Notes: generated by a model not told the origin, from the letters alone. Positions 50,505 through 61,264 are shown, counted from the whole stretch's first letter. The stretch is DNA of 62,852 nucleotides, filler included, from Octopus bimaculoides (GCF_001194135.2; 4 parts of 4 records of this genome joined end to end with filler, not necessarily neighbours in it); one strand, 5' to 3'. Program-made: numbers and translations.

Positions 50505-53053
50505 CACCAAAACTAGTGAAGCTGGGGAACATCCGTTTAGCGAAGGGAAAACACACCCGTTCACCATCCAAGTAGAGCTAGAGATGTCTCAACCTCGGCG
50601 GATGCTTGCGCATCAACAGTCAAGGCATCCCTAACCCACCCTTTAACGGCTTTTGATAGCAAATAGAACGTCTTACAAGTGGAGCGGAGTTCTTCCACAA
50701 AAAACGAAAGATTTGCCTCTCCAACTTACACAACCACGAATCTGGGCAAGGAATGACAGTTAGGCGCTAAACGATAACCAATGCGATAAACACATTAGCC
50801 ACCTCCACCCTCACTTTCAAGGATAGCCACCGCTAAGACCAGGTCTTGACTATGTGGGTCACCTTGCTCGATACCTCAGACCAGTTGTTGTCTATCTGGA
50901 GATCTGGACCGAACCAAATTGCTAGCAACTTAACCGGGCCCTCCGTCCAGCGTCCTACGACGCTATTCGAAGGCATCGGCTTGCCCATCCAGGTGTCGAG
51001 TTGCAAGCCGACTGATTTTTCCCGATTAATATTTGCTCCTGCCACCGTCTCGTAAATCTTGATGTTTTCGCCTACTTTCTGTAGGTGTTCCATCTTGGTC
51101 ACAATGATAGTGATGTCGTCTGCGTACGCTGTAACCGATCCTGCACCCCCTGGATTCGTCGGTATGCCGCTCAGCTTTCGCAGCAATGGCTCGAGGGCCA
51201 CTACATATAAAAGCAGGGAGAGTGGACACACTTAGCGAACCAACCGCTTGATGCAGAACGGCTTTGAAAGAAAGCCGTTTATCCGAAACCAAGACCCAGT
51301 CCGAAATGCGCGAGAACAGAAACGAGGTAACGATGATCCACCCTATTAAATGCTTTAGCTTGGTCTAAATGGACCAGTGCCCCATCTTTGCTAGAGTCAT
51401 TACCATACCCTTCTACAGTGTAGCGTATAAGATGAAGATTACCCTGGATCGTTCTGCCGGGGACCGCACAGGTTTCTGCCTCCCCGATCAGGCCATCCAT
51501 AACACGCGTCAATCTTTTTGCTAGCATCTTGGCCAAAATCTTCATCTCTGCGTTTAGCAGAGTGATGGGCTAAAATTATCTATCCTATCCCCCTTGTCCG
51601 GGTCCTTCTTGACCAGCGCTACCACTCCCCGGCAGACAGATCTGGGAATCCACCCTTTCTGGTGCCAGTTCTCGTAAGCACTAGCCAGTAAGTGCCCGAA
51701 CAAGTCTGGCATACTTTTATATAGCTCGTATGGTAGACCATCGAGTCCCGGCGCATTACCACCGCTGCAGTCAGCTATGGCCTCAATCACTTCCTCAGGT
51801 GTAATAGACCCTTCACAGCTCTCCGCCTCCTGCCCCGAGAGAGGCGGCAGCCCGGCGAGGAAGTCCGTAAGGTCTGTCCTCCTATCCGGCCCATCGCTCC
51901 CCTCGAAAAGCTGGGAGAAGTGCTCCTGAAAAGTCTGACACATCTCCCCAGGTTCATTTATCAACTCACCTTGCGCATTCACCAAAGATTGAATTATGAA
52001 ATCGTTTCCACGTTGTGCCTCCACGACACGTGCCCATCCAGCGGCCTTGATTCCCTCGTTCCCCATTGCACAAAGTCTAACTCTGATGATACGATACACA
52101 CCATGAGCTGGACTTCGAGGTGCTGGTTTAACTTCAGTCTCTTCACCTTTACCAGAGATGCGTCATCTGTTCTCATGGCTTCCTCTAGGGCCTTAACTAG
52201 TTCAATTTCCTTCCTATGTCCTCTAGCCACTAAACCTGCACTATATCTAATAGACTCAAATTCAATGGCTCTTTTGAGGGCGTACCACCATTTGTTATTG
52301 ATAATGAAACCGGTCAACGCCCTCTGTATTAATAACTTAATCCGGTTCCTGTACTCTTCAACCGCCAAAAGGGACTTATTGAGTTTCCAGTAGCCGGATC
52401 CCTTACTACGTAACTTATCTAGGTACAGTTTACAAGTGACCATCTTGTGGTCGCTGTAACTGACCAGGTGATATTGTGGACACGTAACTATAACTTTATC
52501 TAGTTTTCTAATAAAAATGCTATGTAAGACCGGTCGCTATTTGACCATGTCCACAATGGGGGGTTCGGGAATTCTAGTCTGTAGGGATCTACTAGTTGAA
52601 AGCGACTTAGTAGATCCCGGAAGCCAATGTTAGGTCTCCTATCAGAATTAGAGCCAACACTATCCACGCGCGCATCGAGAATAGTGTTAAAATCTCCTAA
52701 CACAACTAATGAACGTGATGTACCAAGAAACTTCTCCAAATCTCGGTAATAATCAGTCTGACTCGAATTGGGTGCGTAAACAGCCACCAGCCTGATTTAC
52801 TTACCACAACTGAATGTTAGGTCTAAAACGACCAGCCTACCTTCTGGATCAGAAAAAGTTAACTTTTTCTCTGAAACTCGGTTTCTTTTAAGTTAGACCA
52901 ACGAATTTCTTGTAGCCTTTCAGGAGCGGGAGCAGATCTCTTGGCGCTTTTAACCGAGTTTCAGTAGCAACAATAACATCTAAACATTGTGACCTGACGT
53001 CATTTAGGAAACGCCAGGCCACGCACATTTATGCATCCTACGTGAACAGCTAT
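50505..53053 (-). pseudogene. Unit 3 ORF2 with several frameshifts; YADD catalytic motif retained
   Basis: ORF-track pieces 52500-52787, 51994-52443, 51554-52099, 51279-51545, 50833-51231 concatenate into the APE-RT domain order. Confidence 0.9.
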
Positions 53054-53185
53054 AAGAAGATTACCCGCCTCCTCTTCTTTTTCCCGAGCTCGTGGCGTCG
53101 GAGAGATGAGGCCCTCATATATATTTGCGGTGATATCCAATCTGAGAGGGCCAACATCTTTACTAAAGTCATTCGCTAGAATATT

Positions 53186-54838
53186 CTAAGTCTTATTGTT
53201 TGTTTTGTATATCTCAAAACCTTTTTTGTTTTCTGTTTTTATTTTTTCAACGTGGATAGTTGCTAGACGGTTCGCTAGATCTCTATTCGTGACACGAACT
53301 GCCATGTAGCAAATATCTTCTTTTTTCCTTTCTGGTATTCTAGCTTTTTTATATTGTCGTGGTTCTGTTTTAACTTTTTCTTTTTCAGGGGAGAGTGGCT
53401 TCATCTTTCTCTTGTTCTGTACAAGAGACCACCCCTCCTCTTCTTTTTCTTCTGGCATAGGTGTTACTTGTGTTGACTTCTCTGCTGGTTCCTTCTCTGT
53501 GGCTTCCTTCTTCTCGGGCTCTTTCGGCTTGCAATCCGCCCTGACGTGGCCCTTCTTACCACACTGGAAGCATCGTGGCTGGCGACCCTTTACCCTCACT
53601 ACCAGACGGGGCTCTCCAACCTCGATGATTTCGATGATTTCTTCCAGTGTGGTCTCTTCGGCCTCTATAATTACACCTACGCTTTGACCGTGCTAGTTAC
53701 GTGGCAGCGTCTAATACTGTTATTTTTTTCTTCAAGGCTCATCGTTACTGCCGCGACGAGCCACTCTGGGTCCACCTCAGGGGGAATATTGTAGATGGTG
53801 ATCCTAGACGTCCTTCTACCCATGTATATGGGTATAAGTACTATTTCCTCCGCTTTTAATGGGTCTACGGAATGGAGCCGGACTTCTTCTTCCGAGTCCA
53901 TTCTGACCTCAACTGTTGCGTATCGTTTTCCTCTTGTAATATATCTAATTTTGTGCCATATAGGCTTGAGGCATTTCTCTATTTCAGCCACCACCACGTA
54001 GTCAATTCTTTTTCTCTTTAACTTTGTAAGTTTTAAAAATTAGTGTTCTTTTTTCCAGTTCTTCCTGGATACTCTTTGGAGGGGCCACTTTGATTTCATA
54101 CCCCTCCCTTGTTAACACTTTTTTATGTTGTTCCATGTTGGCTTTTGCTTTTGCTCCCGCCGCAGCGGCGAAGTCAAGTCTTTTTCCTGACTTTTCTTTT
54201 TTCTCTTCTAATTTTTCTTTAGTTAGCAGACTTGTTACTTACTCTTTTACTATTTTACCTGTTTCAGTCATTTGACTGTGGCCATGCTGGAGCACTGCCT
54301 TTAGTCGAGCAAATTGACCCCAGGACTTATTCTTTGTAAGCCTAGTACTTATTCTATCGGTTTATTTTGCCGAACCGCTAAGTTACGGGGACATAAACAC
54401 ACCGACATCGGTTGTCAAGCGATGTTGGGGGGACAAACACAGACACACAAACATAAACACACACACATACATACATATACATACATATATATATACAATG
54501 GGCTTCTTTCAGTTTCCGTCTACCAAATCCACTCACAAGGCTTTGGTCGGCCCGAGGCTATAGTAGAAGACACTTGCCCAAGGTGCCACGCAGTGGGACT
54601 GAACCCGGAACTATGTGGTTGGTAAGCAAGCTACTTACCACATAGCCACTCCTACGCCTACTTCAATGTTTTTCCTCAATATTGACGGTTTTATTTCTGC
54701 TGGTACAGGTGGGCAATTTCTTCCCATTCGTGGACTCGCCTCATCAGAATCCTCAGTAAGTTGATTTTCCACATGCTTCTCAATTTCTTCCTCACTTGTA
54801 CACCTCTCCTCAACGTTTGGCTTGTTTGAACCAGCCAT
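53186..54838 (-). pseudogene. Unit 3 ORF1 (interrupted by SINE at 54241-54658)
   Basis: MAGSNKPNVEE...RKNIEV|TSLLTKEK...EKCLKPIWHKIRYITRGKRYATVEVRM...CFQCGKKGHVRADC. Confidence 0.8.
54241..54658 (-). mobile_element. Full-length SINE family A insertion with 5-bp TSD (TACTT on + strand)
   Basis: TACTT at 54236-54240 and 54659-54663; tRNA-like head ggcgtaggagtggctatgtggtaag, B box ggttcagtccc, tail gtaaaatagtaaaagag. Confidence 0.9.
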
Positions 54839-55020
54839 AATGTCAGCTCCCCCGCACGGAGGAAAAACAATTGTTTTAACAAACAATCAGCAACGATATT
54901 CAATAAATACGGTAACAATTTAACTTTAACAACCCACCTCTTTACAGCAATAACAGAATCTAAACAAGGTACAAAAATACAACACAACAAAGCAAAATAT
55001 CCGGAGCGAATGGTTCCTTT

Positions 55021-56253
55021 CTTTTGATTATTACCTATTACAGGCGCACATAGAGGGGACAATACCATATGATCTGGGGGTCATATACAACAGATGGTAT
55101 AAAAATTTTCTGTTTCTATTTTTTCAACGTGGTTAATTGCTAGACGGTTCGCTAGATCTCTATTTGAGATGCGAACCGCCATGTAACAAATATCTTCTTT
55201 CTGGCATCCTCGCTTTTTTTATATTGTCGCTGTTCTGTTTTCCTTATTTCTTTTTCAGGGGAGGGTGGCTTCATCTTCCTCTTGTTATGTACAAGAGACC
55301 ACCCCTCCTCTTCTTTTTCTTCTGGCATAGGTGTTACTTGCAGTGCCAACGTCGTTGGCTCGTTCTCTGCCGGTTCCTTCTCCATTTCCTCCTTTTTTTC
55401 GGCCACTTTGGTCTTGCAATCTACCCTGAGGTAGCATTGAGGCTGGCGACTTTCCACCATCACTACCAGACGGGTTTCACCAACCTCGATAATTTCGTTA
55501 ATCTCTTCCAGCGTGGTTTGTTCGGGGTATACGGGCAGAAGCACCACTTCCTCCGTTCTCAATGGATCTACCGAATGGAGCCGGGCTTCCTCTTCCGACT
55601 CCATCCTGACCTCGACCGTTGCAAACCGTCTTCCTCTTGATAATATTTTATCTTATTCCATATCGGCTTGAGGCGTTTTTTTTATTTCAGCCTCCACAAC
55701 ATAGTCAATTTTTCTTTCTTTGACTTAAAAATCAATGTTTTCTTTTCTAACTCTTGTTGAGTGCCGCTCCCTAGTTAACAATTCTTTATGTTCTTCCATG
55801 TTGTTAAGGTTAATCTTTTTTACTTTCGCTCTTGCTGCAGCAGCGAAGTCAAACGGTTTCTTTGTTTTTTTTTCTTTTCTCTCTTCTACTTTTTCTTTCG
55901 TTAGTAGACTCGGTACATCGACATTCTTTCTCGAAGTTGACGGCTTCGTTATTTTTTGTTCATGTGTGCTATTCCTCCTCATCCGCGGACTCTCTTCATC
56001 AGAATCTTCTTGAAGACGTGATTCTACAATCTTCTCCATGAGTCCCTCCACCTTGACCTCTTGCTTCTTCGGACTAGACATAATGCTGGCTCCCCCGCAC
56101 GGAGAAAGACGACAATGGTTTTAACGACTTAACAGCAACAATGCTCAATAAATGTTCAATAAATATGATTTTAACAGCCGACCTCTTCACAAACAATAAC
56201 ACAATCTCAAAATGATAACTCCAACTCACAAAATCCGAAGCGAACGGTTCGTT
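55021..56253 (-). mobile_element. L1/Tx1-like unit 4: 5' UTR + deleted ORF1 + short 3' terminus, no ORF2
   Basis: 5' motif 56233-56253; ATG 56081; ORF1 homologous to unit 3; after ...HVEKIETEN it runs into gtcccctctatgtgcgcctgtaataggtaataatcaaaag, resembling the unit 1 3' end. Confidence 0.75.
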
Positions 56254-56354
56254 GTGTTTTATGATTACCTATTAGAAGGCGTACATCGAAATCGTTTAGA
56301 CAAATACAAAACATACAGACAATACATAACGAGACACATCATAGAATCGGGGAA

Positions 56355-56980
56355 GATGAGAAAACAAGCGAGCATAAGGGAACTATGATGTTTTACAAGA
56401 AATCCATAGAGTAGAAAAGAGAATATCAAAGTGGAAGAATTTAATTAGAGTGAAGCTGCCTAAGGGGAAATTCGCAGAAGAAAAAAGATGTGTATTGTTG
56501 AACAAGGAAATGAGCGACAACCTATGGAAATATTGTAGGAAATTTATCACAGGAATGGAAGGGCCAGTGTACTTCAATGGAAGGCCGCTGGTTGTGAATT
56601 ATACAAGGATGGAGAATTTCAAATATAAGGTAATTGATTTATTATGAGCATTTTTGAAACAACAGGAAAAAAAGAGGGGTAAAAAGGAAAAAAACTTTTG
56701 AACTTTACTGGAGAAAAATGTGTTCGTAAAAAAGAATAAGAAAAAAAAAGAGACTGTCTACATGTAACCACTCGACTTCGGGAGTCGAGTGGGCATTCCG
56801 CCTCATTCTATCATCGTTTCACAATTCATTCGTTTCTTTTATTTTTGCTTCTTTTCTTAAATTTCTATTTTATAATTTTAGTTCCCCGATTCTATGTTAT
56901 GTCTCGTTATGTATTGTTTGTCTGTGTTGTATTTGTCATTCAGTTTCGATGAACGCCTTTTATAGGTAATAATAAAATAG
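56355..56980 (+). mobile_element. 3' part of a unit-2-type element: ORF1 C-terminus, stop at 56645-56647, 3' UTR, AATAAA 56971-56976, no ORF2
   Basis: 56372-56430 aligns with 50080-50149 (EHK..M/IFY.KSIEVEK.ISK); ORF 56450-56647; A-rich, hairpin, then T-rich UTR like unit 1. Confidence 0.7.
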
Positions 56981-58540
56981 AACGAACCGTTCGCTTCGGA
57001 TCCTAATTTTGCTGTGTTGGATTGATTTTTGTGCTCTGTTGGATTGCGTTGTTGTGCTGAAGAGGAGTTGTTGAAGTTTGTTAAAGTTTATTTATTTGTT
57101 ATTTTTGAACTGTTTATTAATTGTTTTTTCCCCCGTGCAGGGAAGCCTTCATTATGGCTTGTGTGGAGAAGCCAAGAGAAGAGAAGAGGTGCATGAGCGA
57201 GGAGAAGGTAGAGAAAGTAGTTGAAAAACGTCTGATTGATTCCGACGAGGAATACCCGATACTAGGAAAGGAAATGCCAGCTACAACGAGGAGAAACATA
57301 GAAACTCCAAGCACGCTAACAAAAGAAAAAGCTGAAGAGAAAAAAGAGAAAAATAAGCTTGACTTCGCCGCGGTCAAAGGAGCAAAGATTAAAAAAGTTA
57401 ATCTGAATAATGTTGACCAACACAAATAGTGTCAAGAGAGGGGCACAAAATATAAGTGGCCCCTCCAAAAAGTATTCTGGAGGATGATGAAAAAAAGGAT
57501 TATAATATACAAGACGTATAAAGTGAAGGAGAAGAAAATTGAATATGTAACTGAAGCAGAGATTGAAAACTGCCTAAAGCCAATATGGCACAAAGTAAAA
57601 TATATTGCGAGAGGAAGGAGATTTGGGACGGTGGAGGTAAGAATGGAGTCGGAAGAGGAAGCGCGACTCCATTCTGTCGACCCATTAAAAAGAGAAGTAG
57701 TATTTCTACCCCTATACATGGGTAGAAGAACGTGCAGAATCACTGTGAATAACATTCTCCCTGAGGTGGACCCTGAATGGATCGTCGTGGCTGTAACCAT
57801 GGGCCTCGAGGGAACAAACACTGTGTGACAGGCCGAGCTGATGGAGCCACGTAACTGGCACGGCCGGAAGATTAGGCTAATCATACAAGCGGAACAGACC
57901 ACACTGGAAGAAATCATCGAAATCTTCGAGGTTGGTGAGACCCGACTGCTGGTTACAGTAGAAGGTCGCCAGCCTCGATGCTTCTAGTGTGGAAAAAAAG
58001 ACCACCTCAGAGTGAACTATAAAAGCAAAGAGACTGAAAAAAAAGGAGGAAGAAGAAAAGGAACAAGTGGCGGTTTCATAGGAGAATCGAACACCAATGC
58101 CAGAAAAAGGGGAGGAGTAGTCTCTTATTCAGAACAAGAGGAAAATAAAACCACTCTCTTACCGAAAAAGATAGATGAAAAAGAGACTCGTTTAAGCAAA
58201 AAGCGAAAAAACACGAGAAGAAAAAAGATGAGGATAGTTGCTACATGGCAGTTCCCGTCTCNNNNNNNNNNNNNNNNNNNNNNNNNNNNNNNNNNNNNNN
58301 NNNNNNNNNNNNNNNNNNNNNNNNNNNNNNNNNNNNNNNNNNNNNNNNNNNNNNNNNNNNNNNNNNNNNNNNNNNNNNNNNNNNNNNNNNNNNNNNNNNN
58401 NNNNNNNNNNNNNNNNNNNNNNNNNNNNNNNNNNNNNNNNNNNNNNNNNNNNNNNNNNNNNCTGGCAACATTACACATAGAAAAAATGGTGACTGAAAGG
58501 GAGCCCATGAAATTCTCTCGCAATATATTTTACTTGTATA
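56981..58540 (+). mobile_element. L1/Tx1-like unit 5: 5' UTR + decayed ORF1 (ATG 57154)
   Basis: 5' motif aacgaaccgttcgcttcgga; ENCLKPIWHKVKYIARGRRFGTVEVRMESEEEARLHSVDPL; VEGRQPRCF*CGKKDHLRV; ends near LATLHIEK before the LTR. Confidence 0.8.
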
Positions 58541-58541
58541 T

Positions 58542-58962
58542 TGTAGTGGCGCGAAATTATAGCCGCCATTGAGGAAGTACTATTCTGCGCATGCGCAGGG
58601 GACTTCACCACCGGAAGCCCCTCGAGTTGCGCATGCGTAGTAAAACTCGTATTTAAAGAGGAGTTTCACTTTCTCAGTGAGTTGAGCAGAGACCTTCTAC
58701 GTAACAACACCTCGCTCCTCCACGAAGCACTTTTACACTGTTCTCTGGCAGGCATCAAGGAAAACCTTAACCTTCCATTACCAAACTATAACTTAATCAG
58801 CGGCTGCTAAGCTGAATGACAGGAATTGAGAAACCAAGCATCATCATAAATAAAACCGTTTTATTATATTGTTAATTGTTCTAATGTCTCTTCAATTTAT
58901 AATGCTGTTGAAAGGTGATAGAGAGAGACTAAAGTCTCTATGACAACTATCAAACTTTTACA
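58542..58962 (+). mobile_element. 5' LTR of a Ty3/gypsy-like element (TGTA...TACA, about 421 bp; alternative start 58535)
   Basis: TATA-like tatttaaa 58650-58657; AATAAA 58849-58854; followed after 1 nt by a PBS-like sequence. Confidence 0.65.
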
Positions 58963-58963
58963 C

Positions 58964-58973
58964 TGGTGACCCC
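58964..58973 (+). promoter_or_regulatory. Primer-binding site complementary to the tRNA-Trp 3' end
   Basis: TGGTGACCCC is the reverse complement of ...GGGGUCACCA, the conserved 3' end of metazoan tRNA-Trp; only 10 nt match. Confidence 0.6.
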
Positions 58974-59266
58974 AAATACAGAATACGGAATTACTCTCAT
59001 AGGAAGGAATTTCAACCATGTTTCGTGGTCTGCTACCACAACAGCTCCTTTATAGGATCCAGTTAGCTCAAAGCATCATCAGGAGGAACCACATCCGGTT
59101 TCGGCCCCTACTCCTCTACCGTTTTGACGTGGCGCCCCCCCTTTCGGAGGTGTGTTGGGTGCATGTCTTCTTTCTTCTATTCCCTGGCTTCTTCGATGCA
59201 GCATCAACGAGTGTCAGCGTCCGACTGATTGTCATGTCAAATTCCCCTTTTTATATCCGCTGCTAG

Positions 59267-59366
59267 NNNNNNNNNNNNNNNNNNNNNNNNNNNNNNNNNN
59301 NNNNNNNNNNTTAATTAATTAANNNNNNNNNNNNNNNNNNNNNNNNNNNNNNNNNNNNNNNNNNNN
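59267..59366. other. Artificial scaffold-join linker (44N-TTAATTAATTAA-44N)
   Basis: Same construct as 27198-27297. Confidence 0.9.
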
Positions 59367-59802
59367 ATATATATATATATATATATATATATAGGCATGT
59401 ATGTGCGTATATATATTTGTGCAGCTACATTCATACGAGTGTATGTACGGGCATAGATGTAATTCACACATCCACGCATACACACAAACATATACACATG
59501 CATGGATGCATCCACGTATACACACACACACACATATATGCCCATATATATATATATATACATTTATATACATACATATACATATAGCCATATATATACA
59601 TATATATATATACATACTTATACATACACACATGAGCGCCTGCATCTACTCACATGCATATATGCACCCGAGCATACACACACGTGTACGCAGGGTCATA
59701 ACTGCGTGCGCGCATACGTCAGTGTGCGCGAGAACACATATGTTTTTGAATAAGTGATGTATGAATGTTCTATGATGCAATCGTATTATCGTTTTGTGTT
59801 AC

Positions 59803-59917
59803 CAGAATGTCCACCCATCTTTTACAACTAGAGTACGACTCAGAAGTTGTGCCTCATGTTTAGTCGTTGCCGACCCAAGCACTAAACCTGTAGTACTGGA
59901 TTCTGATAATTTTTCAC
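59803..59917 (-). CDS. Candidate next exon of the ITIH-like gene
   Basis: CAG acceptor, phase-1 compatible open frame GEKLSESSTTGLVLGSATTKHEAQLLSRTLVVKDGWTF, GTAACA donor; no convincing homology recognised. Confidence 0.35.
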
Positions 59918-60165
59918 CTGATTTCAAACATATGAATAACAAAACGTTAAAAATCTTTAATAACCCTATAGAATTTTCTGGCTTAAAATGGGTTATTATA
60001 AACGTCTTTTATGTACAGTACCCACTTGATAATATTTACACTTAAAAGTTGTGTGAGATATAGAATAGCTATGATAATTGTAAGTATGTAAGTATGTATT
60101 TACTAGAAAAGTTATCAGAAATGAACTCCCTCCTGCTCGCAGAAGATTCTTGAGATAATACTCAC

Positions 60166-60419
60166 CTGACTCTGGTATCTCACTGAATAGTGAATTTTCT
60201 GGGCGAAAAGGTGGAACTTGCAGAATACGAATTTTTTGAGATTCTTCTATATAAACTTGTATCATTAGATCTTGAACAGGTTGCTGGGGGTTCACGTAGA
60301 TAGTATGTTCATACAAACCAAATTTTCGTCTTAACAACTCCTGGTATCGAAGTTCAAACGTCACGTTTTTCATAGCAGCAACGTTGACATTAACTTTGAA
60401 TTGGTTTGTACCTCGATCT
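60166..60419 (-). CDS. ITIH: ITIH-like gene exon (end of VIT domain)
   Basis: DRGTNQFKVNVNVAAMKNVTFELRYQELLRRKFGLYEHTIYVNPQQPVQDL resembles the ITIH F.V.V.V....K.TFEL.YEELL.R..G.YE motif; TAG acceptor, GTGAGT donor; phases 2/1 consistent. Confidence 0.9.
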
Positions 60420-61153
60420 CTAAATATTAAATATTGCGTAAGTTATAAGACTTGCAGAAGGATGAAACGCGAAATTAACTTTGATGGGTTTTGTACTAAG
60501 AAAGTAAAGAGCCGAAAAAAAAAAACCATTCAAAGCTATATCAACAAATCCATTGAACGCAAATAATATTTTCGTATTTTGGTACATGCTGGAAACTCTA
60601 AATGTAGAGCCACACTAATAACATCGAGTCAGTATTCAACTGCAACTAATTTCATGGATCCGAAAGGGTGAAATGCAAAATCTGATTCAATGTATTTTGA
60701 ACCGAGAACGTATAGAGGTGAAAGAAAACCTACTAAACATTTTCTCCGAGACAGTACATTCCGCTAGTTCGACGTCTCTAGTGTCGAAAAGAAATATCAA
60801 AGACCCTTTTCGAGTAGCAGGATCATTAGCCGTTTTTCTAGTCCGTCAAGCCGATTATTGATTTTCAAAATCGATGTGGAGTAACGGGAGATGATAATTT
60901 TGCTCAACGCAATGACCTGTCGAGGAATCAAAACCAAAATCTTATGATCATATATGCAATCCTATAACCACTAAGACACACGTCTTCAAACCTCAGGCGA
61001 AAAGATAGCAAAAAGAATATATTCATTTATTCATGATATCAATTTTAAAGATGGCTACTGAATATGACTACAAAAAACTAAATATTTTGAGTAGTAGAAA
61101 TTAAAAGGAAACTCTACGGAAATTGATGTCTCAGGATAAAAGAAATGACTAAC

Positions 61154-61264
61154 TTTTTGGCGACATAACTACCACTTTGACCTTTCCGTTTGGCTTCTTC
61201 GTACACCTTTCTAGCTTCTTCCTTTTCCTTAACTTCACCTGGATATTCAACACCATCGATTACC
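61154..61264 (-). CDS. ITIH: ITIH-like gene exon (VIT domain)
   Basis: VIDGVEYPGEVKEKEEARKVYEEAKRKGQSGGYVAK resembles ITIH I.G..Y.G.IKEK..A...Y..A...G.SAG.V; CAG acceptor, GTTAGT donor; 111 bp, phase 2/2. Confidence 0.92.

Larger units (their letters stand above)
50505..55020 (-). mobile_element. L1/Tx1-like LINE, unit 3 (ORF1+ORF2, 3'-truncated, SINE-interrupted)
   Basis: 5' motif at 54999-55020; ORF1 ATG 54838; PRCFQCGKKGHVRADC; ORF2 from about 53053 (VGCINVRGL, VYAPN, LGDFN, GYWKLN, PGLDGLPYELY, DQAKAFNRV, YADDITI). Confidence 0.9.

Noticed and set aside
520-58572. Long ORFs in the track made mostly of X
   Set aside because: They are translations of N gaps; only their non-N flanks were used
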